Positions 18,979-28,032 are shown, counted from the stretch's first letter. The stretch: 64,000 nucleotides of DNA from an uncultured Legionellales bacterium (GCA_945957175.1 CAMFJL010000001.1:49346-113345), one strand, 5' to 3'. Translations and numbers: made by a program. The notes: generated by a model not told the origin, from the sequence alone.

Positions 18979-20487
18979 ATGATTTTGAACAAAGAACGTT
19001 ACTACGCCGGTTATCATTTTTTAATAAAAAAATATCAAATCGCTGTTTTACCTCATTGGCATACGTCTATTTGTCAGGGCGGCACATTTCGTAAGACAGT
19101 CCAAGAAGGGCAAGAAGAATCTATCTATCCGCTATCTTATTGGCCAGGCTATGGCCTTGGCGAACAACTTGAGTTTGCATTTAAATATGATGGTATTAAT
19201 TTAGGTATTCTTGCAGCACTTTTCGAGGTAGTACCAGAAGATGAGCTTACTTCATGGATTAAATCAAAACCAGTAGGTAAATATACTCGCAAAGTATGGG
19301 CCTTATATGAATTTTTAACTGGTAGAGAGCTGCCATTGCCCGCTCTAGATAAGGGCAAATATATTTATCTCTTGGACCCAGACGTCTATTTTACATATAC
19401 ACCCGGTAAACGGATGCCCCGTTACCGAGTGTTCAATAACTTACTTGGCGATATATCTTTTTGTCCTACTGTTAGACGTACTGAGAAATTGAAGGCGATG
19501 GAAAGTATCAATTTACATGAGCAATGTAAAAAACTCACCCGAGACTATCCTCCTGAGCTTCTAAGTCGCGCATTAAGTTATCTTTACTATAAAGAAACTA
19601 AGTCTTCTTTTCTAATAGAGCATATAGAGCCAGATTTATCTAGAACCGAAAAATTTGTTGGTTTACTTAAAATGGCAGAACATAAAGATTTTTGTGATAA
19701 ATCTTTGCTTATTGATGCACAAAACTTAATTGTTGATCCCAGATTTATAGATGCAGATTACAGATTAATGCAAAATTATGTAGGTGAATCTATTTCATTC
19801 AGAAGACAGCGCATACATTATATTTGTCCAAAACCAGAAGACTTAGAGAGTTTAATGACGGGTTTATTTCAATCGCATGCTTTGATGATGCAAAGTGATG
19901 TTTCTGCTATTATACATGCAGCAATCATTGCATATGCTTTTGTGTTTATGCATCCATTCGAAGATGGTAACGGACGGATTCATAGGTTCTTGATCCACAA
20001 TATTTTGTCATTACGTCAGGCTATACCAAAAGGTCTTATGTTTCCGGTATCTGCAGCGATATTGAATAATATGGAACTTTATGATATCTCTTTAGAAGCG
20101 TTTTCATCACCTTTAATGTCTAAAATTAAATATAGCTTGGATGAGTTGGGGCAAATGACTGTGATGGGTGAGACAAAAAACTATTATCGTTATATTGATA
20201 TGACATCTCAAGCAGAGGCATTATATGAATTTGTAGAGCTTACTATTAAAAAAGAATTAGTGGAAGAGCTAGATTTCATCGTAAGTTACGATAAAGTTAA
20301 AAAGGCAATTCAACAAATCATCGATATGCCTGATAAATTGATAGACCTCTTTATAAAATTTTGCTTACAAAATGATGGTAAACTTTCACCAAGTAAACGA
20401 GATAAATATTTTAGCTTTCTATTAGAACACGAACTTAAATCTATGGAGAAAGCAGTGAAGCACGAGTATAAAGATAAGAGTAAATAA
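18979..20487 (+). CDS. Fic-domain protein (putative AMPylase / adenylyltransferase)
   Basis: Canonical Fic motif 'HPFEDGNGRIHRF'. N-terminal 'KSSFLIEH' resembles the (S/T)xxxE(G/N) inhibitory helix, but with His after the Glu. SD 'gaggag'. Confidence 0.9.
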   Translation: MILNKERYYAGYHFLIKKYQIAVLPHWHTSICQGGTFRKTVQEGQEESIYPLSYWPGYGLGEQLEFAFKYDGINLGILAALFEVVPEDELTSWIKSKPVGKYTRKVWALYEFLTGRELPLPALDKGKYIYLLDPDVYFTYTPGKRMPRYRVFNNLLGDISFCPTVRRTEKLKAMESINLHEQCKKLTRDYPPELLSRALSYLYYKETKSSFLIEHIEPDLSRTEKFVGLLKMAEHKDFCDKSLLIDAQNLIVDPRFIDADYRLMQNYVGESISFRRQRIHYICPKPEDLESLMTGLFQSHALMMQSDVSAIIHAAIIAYAFVFMHPFEDGNGRIHRFLIHNILSLRQAIPKGLMFPVSAAILNNMELYDISLEAFSSPLMSKIKYSLDELGQMTVMGETKNYYRYIDMTSQAEALYEFVELTIKKELVEELDFIVSYDKVKKAIQQIIDMPDKLIDLFIKFCLQNDGKLSPSKRDKYFSFLLEHELKSMEKAVKHEYKDKSK

Positions 20488-20586
20488 TATATCTTATTTA
20501 ATATAATCTTGCACTAGGAGTAAGTATAATGTCCAAATGCATTGATGGCTAAAGCTGTTTAGCTATTTTGAAGGAGGCAATGGAAA

Positions 20587-21786
20587 ATGAATGATCAAAC
20601 AACAAATCAATCGGCACATCTGATAATATCATTATTATTGATTTTATTATGTCCACTTGGACAAATGTCAATTGATTTTTATAGTACCTCGTTACCAACG
20701 ATAGCGCGAAGCTTTCAAATTGACGCAAATGTTGTTGGGGTTATCACGACAGCATATTTATTTGCCTATGGTTTTGGACAAGTCATTCATGGTCTTCTTT
20801 GTGATACCGTAGGTAGAAAAAAACTCCTTGTCATTTCATTGCCCTTTTATATTATTGCTACATTTGCTCCTCCTTTCTGTCAAGGCATCGTTGCGATTGC
20901 TGTTGCGCGATTTGTTCAAGGCATAGCAGTTGCTGCTGTGAGTGTGACAGTCAAAGCCATTGCTGCTGACATTTTTAAAGGTGATAGGCTGACTAAAATC
21001 ATTTCTATGTTAACCCTGGTTTGGGGATTAGGCCCTATTTTCGCGCCATTTCTTGGCAGCCTTATTCAAACCTATTTAGGTTGGCAGTGGTGTTTCTATC
21101 TATTAGGCTCTGTTACTATTCTTTTATATCTTGGCGTGTTAATTTTTCTTCCGGAAACCTTGACGACAAAAAAGAGCATCAATTTAAGCTACATTGGGAT
21201 TGCTTATAAAAACATCGTTAAAAATTCACAGTTTTGGATATACATGTTCCAAATTAATCTCGCCATCATTGGTCTACTTACCTTTATTACACAAACACCA
21301 GATCTCATTCAAAATATCTACCATTTTAGTTCTATTGGCAACGGCACTTTACTTATTGTTACAAGCTTTGCCTATGTTTTTGGTACACAGCTATCTATTT
21401 TTGAAAATAAACAGTTATTTCTATATTTACTACCATTAGTTATTTTTATTGTAAGTGTAGCTATGTTATTTAATTATTGGGTAGCTATTCCTAAATCAGT
21501 ATTCGTCGTATTTTCAACCATTATCATGTTTATTTGTGGAAACTTGATGCCACGAAACATTGCTAAAGCCATACAGCTATTTCCTAAGAATTCTGGTCTT
21601 GTCAGTGGCTTTTTAGGATGCATTACACTCATCACACCAGGAATATTATTTTCATTGATGTCTATTTTACACGTTCCATCTTTTTATAAGTTTTCGTTTA
21701 TTATGTTTATTGTGAGCTTGATAACAATTGTTGGAACTTTCCTCCTCAAAGATACTTCGGTATTAGTCTTATCTAGAGAAGAATAG
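20587..21786 (+). CDS. MFS transporter, Bcr/CflA-like drug-efflux type
   Basis: 12 predicted TM segments. MFS loop motif 'GLLCDTVGRKKLL'. Confidence 0.85.
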   Translation: MNDQTTNQSAHLIISLLLILLCPLGQMSIDFYSTSLPTIARSFQIDANVVGVITTAYLFAYGFGQVIHGLLCDTVGRKKLLVISLPFYIIATFAPPFCQGIVAIAVARFVQGIAVAAVSVTVKAIAADIFKGDRLTKIISMLTLVWGLGPIFAPFLGSLIQTYLGWQWCFYLLGSVTILLYLGVLIFLPETLTTKKSINLSYIGIAYKNIVKNSQFWIYMFQINLAIIGLLTFITQTPDLIQNIYHFSSIGNGTLLIVTSFAYVFGTQLSIFENKQLFLYLLPLVIFIVSVAMLFNYWVAIPKSVFVVFSTIIMFICGNLMPRNIAKAIQLFPKNSGLVSGFLGCITLITPGILFSLMSILHVPSFYKFSFIMFIVSLITIVGTFLLKDTSVLVLSREE

Positions 21787-21841
21787 TGTATGCTTGCTTA
21801 AGCGTGTCATATGTGACCTGCCCGGTTTTTTTGTACCAACG

Positions 21842-22574
21842 TCATCTAGAGAAGCTAGCCCCGGTTGTTAAATTAAAACCCAATGATAACTTAAACTCAT
21901 TTGGCGTCAGATAGTTTAAACTCGAATGCGGTCTAACGCTATTGTAGTGTATTCGCCAGTCCTCAATGATCAATTTCGCCTCAATACGATTCCTGAACCA
22001 CTCCATAGATAAACATTCATCACGAAATTTACCATTAAAACTTTCATTCGTTCCATTCTGCCATGGCTTTCCAGGCTCAATTAAGGCAATGTGTAGATTC
22101 TCTTTTGACGCCCATTCCAAGCAATGCCTTGCTCACGAATTCAGGGCCATTATCCGAACGTAAATAGCGCGGCACGCCGTGAACTCGCATCAGCTTACTT
22201 AGCACGTCAATCACTTGGGATGCCCTTATCGCACCAGAAACATGGATTGCCAAACACGCCCTTGTATACTCATCAACAACTGTTAAGCATTTGAGTTTTT
22301 GGCCATTAGCACATGCATCATAAACAAAATCATAGCTCCAGACACTATTTTGCATTCTTGGTGCCATCGGCCTTAACCTATGACCTATTCGCTTTCTACT
22401 ACGTTTCTTAGGTACCTGCAACCCCGCTTTTGCCCACAGTCGACTACATCGCTCCTTACCTATCTCTATGCCTTCTCGTTTCAAGAATATACGTATACGA
22501 CGAGCGCCAAATCTAGGATAAATGCCTGATAACGCTTTCATAGCTTTAATCACAGGCTCATCCTTCACTGGCAT
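21842..22574 (-). pseudogene. IS3-family orfB (DDE/rve transposase), frameshifted
   Basis: The two tracked ORFs (22077..22574 and 21842..22120) together read 'SDNGPEF...' then 'IEPGKPWQNGTNESFNGKFRDECL...HYNSVRPHSSLNYLTPNEF', but in different frames with the switch near 22100. Confidence 0.8.
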
Positions 22575-22690
22575 TTTGTGTGAATAGTATAAATGCGTCC
22601 GACTGACGGATAGTAGCGCACAAGCACTCCGTTGACTCAGACCTCTATGAATTGCATGTAAGGCCTGGTCCCGACGCGCTCGTACGCTTA

Positions 22691-22951
22691 CTATTTTTTT
22701 GCGGCTATCTCCTTCATCACTTCGATAGCCAAGTCACGCTCCGCAAGCAGCTCTTTGAGCATTGAATTTTCGACTTCCAACTCTTTCATTCGTTTAACAT
22801 CACTTGCTGTCATATCGCTAAACTTCTTTTACCATACGTAAATAGACGCTTCTGAAACACCATTACGTTTTGCAACTTCCGCGACAGTATCACGATCAAT
22901 TTCACGCAAAATGCGTACTATTTGCTCTTCACTATATCGACTTTTTTTCAT
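22691..22951 (-). pseudogene. IS3-family orfA (HTH), interrupted by an in-frame TAA
   Basis: 'MKKSRYSEEQIVRILREIDRDTVAEVAKRNGVSEASIYVW*KKFSDMTASDVKRMKELEVEN...'. The stop codon at 22829-22831 is in frame with ATG 22951. Confidence 0.75.
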
Positions 22952-23093
22952 ACTTTGCCCTCGCGTTGAGGAGCATTATCTCTAATTTACTTTGGTATGA
23001 AAATCCCAGGACAGGTCACACGTCGATCTTCGATCTCCCCCACAACGACGGCAGTTATTTTTTGTTCATTAGAAGCGTGACGGCCGAATGATA

Positions 23094-23134
23094 CTTAAGC
23101 CATTAATATTTTCTTAAGCTTGGCATGGTAAACT
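23094..23134 (+). promoter_or_regulatory. PmrA-like tandem TTAA box plus candidate -10, upstream of the large ankyrin gene
   Basis: 'cttaagccaTTAATATTTTCTTAAGctt' gives TTAA-N7-TTAA (23103-23117). 'TAAACT' follows at 23129-23134, about 70 nt upstream of ATG 23207. Confidence 0.35.
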
Positions 23135-23206
23135 GTTGTACAAATGTCATTTTATTACAACATGAAGATGATAAAAATAGAGCTCAACAACCGATAAGGT
23201 AATTCC

Positions 23207-26200
23207 ATGCCAAATAACCAAAATCATTCACCCATCATAAGCAATATCGAGATAACCTCTTTCTCTAACACAGAGAGCAATAGCCTTATACCATTGGAAA
23301 AGCAAGCCAAGGATCTTAGAGATGCCATTGAAAATGGATATGAATTTCCTCCTTATAATGGTTTTGAGAGATTTAAAAAACTTATTGAAAACAAAGCGCT
23401 CATAAATTTTGTATACCTTGATGATGGCCAAACGCCTTTGCATTTGGCTGCTGAACGTGGACGTGATGACATCGTTACATATCTCCTCGAGCAGGGTGCT
23501 GATACGACAAAACAAGATACACAAGGTCAAACTGCATTGCATGTAGCTATGTGTGGAGACTTGAACCCATTAACCCAACAAGATGCATTTATACGTCTTA
23601 TTGCTGATTCAAAGAACAAGGGAATACTTGATGCGCAAGACAACGAGGGCCAAACCGCGTGGCATAAAGCAGCTAAATATGCGGTAAAAGAGGCAGTTTT
23701 TAAATATCTCCTCGCACACGGTGTTAATGTAACACTACAGGACCAACAGGGACAAACAGCATTACATTTAGCCGCTCAGAACCTTGGATTATCGGAGGAA
23801 GCATTAACACTTCTTTTGACAACCTCCAAGGATATGCTTGATATAACAGACAATAACGGCCAAACGGCATTGCATGTGGCTGTAAAAAGTAGAAATATAC
23901 GAGCTATCATCTGCCTTCTTAAGCATGGCGCTACCATGACATTGCCAGATAAGGATAATAGAACGGCGTTACAATTGGCAGCTCAATATTTACATTTATC
24001 AGCATTAGAAACATTTAAACTTTTTGACGTATTCGATAAAACAGAAGATTACGGTGAAAAAAATTTAGCTAAACGTCAATTTTTATCGGCACTAACTGTA
24101 TTTGAAATGCTTTTTTCTGCATCTAAGCCAGAAAAAAAATTAGAAACATCATACGGATTTGATGAAACAACGCTATATTTGGCGGTTAAATTTGGAAGAT
24201 CTGATATTGTTAAATATCTTATTGTTCATGATACTGATATGAGGCTAAAAAACGTAAAGGGTCAAACTACCTTGCATATGGCTGTTAAGGAACGAGATCA
24301 ATTATCAGAGGAGGCATTTTCACTGTTTGTTGAAGCTGCCAAGAGAAAAGCCATACTCAACATAAAAGATAATACAGGCCAAACGGCATTGCATGTGGCT
24401 GCTAAAAATGGGGATGAAAACGCAGTTGGGTATCTCATCGGACATCAGATAGATGCGACCTTGCAAGATAATCAAGGCCAAACAGCATTACACCTGGCTG
24501 CTGCGAATCCTGCTCTATCAAAAAGAGCATTTGTGTGTCTTATGATGGCTTCCAAATATATGCTTAATACACAAGACAACAAAGGTGCGCTTGATAGACA
24601 AGACAACGAGGATCAAACTGCGCTACATGTAGCTGTTAAAAGTAAACATGAAAAAGCAATTGAATATCTGCTCGTGCATGGTGCTGATGTGACGTTGCAA
24701 GATAATCAAGGTCAAACTGCGTTGCATTGGGCTGCCAAGAACATAGATCTATCGGAAGAGACGCTTGTGTTTCTTGTTGATATGGCTAAGAAGGAAAAAG
24801 TACTCGACATACAAGACAAAAATGGCCAAACAGCATTGCACGTGGCTGCTGAAAATGGGGATACTCAGACGCTTAAATATCTCCTCAAGCAGGGTGCTGA
24901 TGTGACGCTGCAAGATAATCAAGGTCGAACTGCCTTGCACTCTGCGTTGTATTTTGATTCTGCTGTTGACATGCGCACCAATTTATCAGAAGAAGCATTG
25001 TTATCTCTTGTGATAGCCTCTAAAAATAAAGATGCGCTTAATAAACAAGATAATGAAGGCCAAACAGCATTGCATATGGCTGTTAAAATGGGATCTGAAA
25101 AAGCGATTGAATATCTGCTCACACATGGTGCTGATGCGACACTGCAAGATAATCAAGGGCGAACTGCATTGCATTGGCTTGCAGAGAGAGAAGATCTATA
25201 CAAATTAGACATATTTAAACGGCTTGTTGTAGCCTCTAAGAACGCTCTCAATCATCTAGACCGTACGGGCATGAGTGCACTATACCTGATAGCTAATCAT
25301 CATAACAACCATGAGGCATGTCAATTACTGCTTCAAGAAGGCGCCAATCCCTACACGGGTCTTGGTGAAGGCAAAATAAATCCTCAGTATATAAATCATC
25401 TCCTGACATTAGGTGTGCCTGTTATGGACAATAACCTATCTCGCCTATTTTCCCTATCTCAGGAACCGCAGAAAATGATAGCAGCTAATGCAGAATGTCG
25501 GATAGATATAGCAGGTCTTTCGCTGACTAGATTATTAGTATTTCCTGATACCTTATTCAAACAAGTACCTAATGAGGCGTCTCGGCGCCTTGATACTGCT
25601 ATAGCATCCGATGACGCATGCGCCAAACGGGTCGATTTGAAACCGATTGAAGTATATCCACCTTATATCGATGTTTTCGGTAAAAACTGGCTTGAAGAGG
25701 CATTGAAGTATTGGGAAATAAGTGAAAATCTTAAAGCAATAAAGCTTAAGATAACAAAGTATCAATCAGTTGAAGCTATTTTAGCTGCGAATGGAAGTGG
25801 TGACAGATTCGATCTCAATCTCAATAAGTACATCATTAGGCATTCAAATACTTTAACAGCATCTGGAAAGATCGCATTCATAGAAAATCTGTGTGAACAA
25901 CGCAGGAAAGAAGCTGTTGTGAATTTCGATAGGGCGATTGCTAACCTGGCGGCGTTACTAGAATCCAAGCGGACAATATTCATACAGTGCTTAACTTATC
26001 TCAAAGAGCTACCCACCGAGGATGAACTCAAGGCTGCTATAAATGCAGTGTATGAAAAACTTGAAGCACAGTATCCATGGGTCTCTCATGCGCAAATTGC
26101 TTCAACAGTAGCGGCTTTACCACAGGTGTCTGAGGCAGAAACATCCGCTTCGACATCGACTGCCCGAACGCCATCGATGACAAATCCTTCAACGCTTTTT

Positions 26201-26269
26201 ACATCGGTACAGGCAGACACACAAGATGCTCAAGCTATTGCTCAAGAAGTGTTGAAGAAGGGTGGTTAA
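23207..26269 (+). CDS. Large ankyrin-repeat protein (1020 aa) with a ~300-aa non-ankyrin C-terminal region
   Basis: More than 15 ANK units ('GQTALHVAVK...IEYLLxHGADVTLQDNQGQTALHxAA'). The C-terminus is helical and ends in a Ser/Thr/Ala-rich tail. Confidence 0.9.
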   Translation: MPNNQNHSPIISNIEITSFSNTESNSLIPLEKQAKDLRDAIENGYEFPPYNGFERFKKLIENKALINFVYLDDGQTPLHLAAERGRDDIVTYLLEQGADTTKQDTQGQTALHVAMCGDLNPLTQQDAFIRLIADSKNKGILDAQDNEGQTAWHKAAKYAVKEAVFKYLLAHGVNVTLQDQQGQTALHLAAQNLGLSEEALTLLLTTSKDMLDITDNNGQTALHVAVKSRNIRAIICLLKHGATMTLPDKDNRTALQLAAQYLHLSALETFKLFDVFDKTEDYGEKNLAKRQFLSALTVFEMLFSASKPEKKLETSYGFDETTLYLAVKFGRSDIVKYLIVHDTDMRLKNVKGQTTLHMAVKERDQLSEEAFSLFVEAAKRKAILNIKDNTGQTALHVAAKNGDENAVGYLIGHQIDATLQDNQGQTALHLAAANPALSKRAFVCLMMASKYMLNTQDNKGALDRQDNEDQTALHVAVKSKHEKAIEYLLVHGADVTLQDNQGQTALHWAAKNIDLSEETLVFLVDMAKKEKVLDIQDKNGQTALHVAAENGDTQTLKYLLKQGADVTLQDNQGRTALHSALYFDSAVDMRTNLSEEALLSLVIASKNKDALNKQDNEGQTALHMAVKMGSEKAIEYLLTHGADATLQDNQGRTALHWLAEREDLYKLDIFKRLVVASKNALNHLDRTGMSALYLIANHHNNHEACQLLLQEGANPYTGLGEGKINPQYINHLLTLGVPVMDNNLSRLFSLSQEPQKMIAANAECRIDIAGLSLTRLLVFPDTLFKQVPNEASRRLDTAIASDDACAKRVDLKPIEVYPPYIDVFGKNWLEEALKYWEISENLKAIKLKITKYQSVEAILAANGSGDRFDLNLNKYIIRHSNTLTASGKIAFIENLCEQRRKEAVVNFDRAIANLAALLESKRTIFIQCLTYLKELPTEDELKAAINAVYEKLEAQYPWVSHAQIASTVAALPQVSEAETSASTSTARTPSMTNPSTLFTSVQADTQDAQAIAQEVLKKGG

Positions 26270-26290
26270 AATGCGACTAAGCGCATTTTT
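26268..26290 (+). terminator. Candidate intrinsic terminator after the ankyrin gene
   Basis: 'aaatgcg-actaag-cgcattt' forms a 7-bp stem, followed by T residues. Confidence 0.4.
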
Positions 26291-26297
26291 AAATGTT

Positions 26298-26328
26298 GGC
26301 CGGGAAAAGCCTCACTTTTTTCCCGGCT
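26298..26328. terminator. Hairpin between the convergent ankyrin and isochorismatase-like genes
   Basis: 'gccgggaaaa-gcctcac-ttttttcccggc' has a ~10-bp stem with A/T runs on both sides, so it could act in both directions. Confidence 0.45.
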
Positions 26329-26921
26329 CACCGCGAGTATGGGTATTTATCAATCAATGTAGTGGTCGTTAAAATATCCTTACTTGTTCGTCCATTTATC
26401 ATAGCCAAAGCTTGTTCATGTTGAGTCTGGGTAGCTGCGCCGCAAGCATCACTCATAATAATCACTTTATATCCGTGTGTCATAGCCGTGTTTGCGCCGT
26501 ATAAAATAGCATGATCTGTTGCAATGCCCGTAAAAACAATGTCGGATATTGCTTCAGCTTGGAGTGCTTCGAGAAGGTGACTGCCGTGGAAGGGATCACC
26601 TGCTTTTTTATTGAAAACTGTATCAATGGCCTCATTAAAATTAAGTTCATCAATGAAGCAAGTATCTGTCTGGCCTAGTATAAATTTATGATTGGTTTTT
26701 ATACTATCTGCCATGGGTAGATAGCGTGGCATATCATCATAATTTTTATTAAAAGCTAAGCGAACAAAAAAGATAGGTAAATGCTGTTTACGAAAATGTT
26801 CAATGAGTAAATTAGTATTGGTAATGACTTCATAATGTTCTGCAAGATAAGCCGCACAGGTACCGGTTTTCACTATGCCATGAATAAAATCAATGACAAC
26901 TAATGCTGGTTTCATAAGCAT
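26328..26921 (-). CDS. Isochorismatase-family hydrolase lacking the usual nucleophilic Cys
   Basis: 'KPALVVIDF' (Asp), 'VFNKKAGDPF' (Lys), 'FTGIATDHAILYG' where cysteine hydrolases have 'CV'. Confidence 0.85.
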   Translation of the reverse strand: MLMKPALVVIDFIHGIVKTGTCAAYLAEHYEVITNTNLLIEHFRKQHLPIFFVRLAFNKNYDDMPRYLPMADSIKTNHKFILGQTDTCFIDELNFNEAIDTVFNKKAGDPFHGSHLLEALQAEAISDIVFTGIATDHAILYGANTAMTHGYKVIIMSDACGAATQTQHEQALAMINGRTSKDILTTTTLIDKYPYSR

Positions 26922-27054
26922 CCTTAATGGATAAAGAAATAGTCTGTTGAAAGCGTTTCAGTATATAACAACATTTCTTCAAAATACATTGAGGCCAGAT
27001 AAGAGATTGAGCATCTGTGGATGTTGAAGCTAATTGGGTATACGCATTTCCAAT

Positions 27055-27771
27055 TTAATACATTCGATTAGATGCTGCGTGGGTCGGCGGTTCTATCTTG
27101 GTTGCATATCGATAGTTTTTAATGGTTTGTACTAAACGAGCGATATCTGCGCCTATCCACAAATTATCGTTTGTGCTTTGTGCAAAGATAGTCATGAGCT
27201 CTTTGGGGTCGGGCTCATGGTCGGCTTCAGCAAAAGCACTCATGCATAATCGTTGCTTATCCTCAGGTGTCATCAAGACAAGTTGGTTAGTAATGTCGGT
27301 AAGATTAAATGTAGAGTGAAAATGAAAATCAGCCGTATTGGGTAGCATAATTTTTTTGAAGAAGGTCCATCGACAAGTAGATTTTTGTAAGTACTCTCCC
27401 GTTGATAAGGCGCGTGTAATTTTTATTTCATTAAGATAGAGCTCGTGTAGCAAACTGACATAAAGGAAAAAATCTAAAAATTGGCGACAAGCTAATAAGT
27501 AATTTAATTTAGAATCCAATAAAGGTAAATCTATAACTTCTGTGTTTAAACCGGTGATAACTGAATCAAGCTGTATTAATATATCAAGCTCATGAAAAAG
27601 ATTCTTAAAATAAGTATTTTCCGTGCGTTCATAAAATTTGGTGTTAAGCTTTCGAGCTGTGCTTAAATTGGTCATGGCGAGAGCAAGTTGCTGAGTCATC
27701 ACTTGCTCCCGGATGCGATGTAATAATTGATCTAGGATGACTAATATTTGTTTTAATTCAAGGTATGGCAT
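27055..27771 (-). CDS. Hypothetical helical protein (238 aa)
   Basis: Clean ORF with no recognisable motif. AT-rich. Lies between the isochorismatase-like gene and argS. Confidence 0.5.
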   Translation of the reverse strand: MPYLELKQILVILDQLLHRIREQVMTQQLALAMTNLSTARKLNTKFYERTENTYFKNLFHELDILIQLDSVITGLNTEVIDLPLLDSKLNYLLACRQFLDFFLYVSLLHELYLNEIKITRALSTGEYLQKSTCRWTFFKKIMLPNTADFHFHSTFNLTDITNQLVLMTPEDKQRLCMSAFAEADHEPDPKELMTIFAQSTNDNLWIGADIARLVQTIKNYRYATKIEPPTHAASNRMY

Positions 27772-27907
27772 GGTTATTTATTGTATTTTATCCGAAATAT
27801 GTGTTTTATTCGCAGCTCCATCATTTCCGCGTAAGCGGGGACGGACGCTCAATGGATCTTCGCCATCTTAGCACATGTTCCTGGCTAGTAGCGAAGAGTA
27901 TATACCG

Positions 27908-27945
27908 CTCCTCTTTCAATCAGCAACTTTGTTGTAAGATGAACA
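27908..27945 (+). repeat. Family B short repeat copy
   Basis: 'ctcctctttcaatcagcaactttgttgtaagatg' compared with 37145 'tcgtctttcaatctgcaactttgttacaagatg'. Confidence 0.6.
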
Positions 27946-28032
27946 AGAGTTAAGTGGAATCATGTGAGTTGCATCATCGGTAGCTTGGCGTATAATAACG
28001 AGGTTTTTTATACTTGTTGTTGTGCGATATTT

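Larger units (their letters stand above)
21812..23020 (-). mobile_element. Decayed IS3-family insertion sequence (~1.2 kb)
   Basis: Imperfect terminal inverted repeats: 'TGTGACCTGCCCGG' at 21812 and the reverse complement of 'CCAGGACAGGTCACA' ending at 23020. orfA/orfB layout with an A7 slippery run (22694-22700). rve-type transposase C-terminus. Confidence 0.85.

Noticed and set aside
16891-21802. The 12-mer 'TGCTTGCTTAAG' occurs just after the tRNA (16891-16902) and just before the IS (21791-21802), and could be island boundaries.
   Set aside because: In 64 kb, many exact 12-mer coincidences are expected by chance. There is no extended similarity around either copy.
27964-28032. N-terminal extension of argS from a GTG at 27964 ('MSCIIGSLAYNNEVFYTCCCAIF').
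   Set aside because: The Cys-rich extension is not like ArgRS N-termini. 'MNFTDLKTEL' at 28033 matches the usual start of the additional N-terminal domain.
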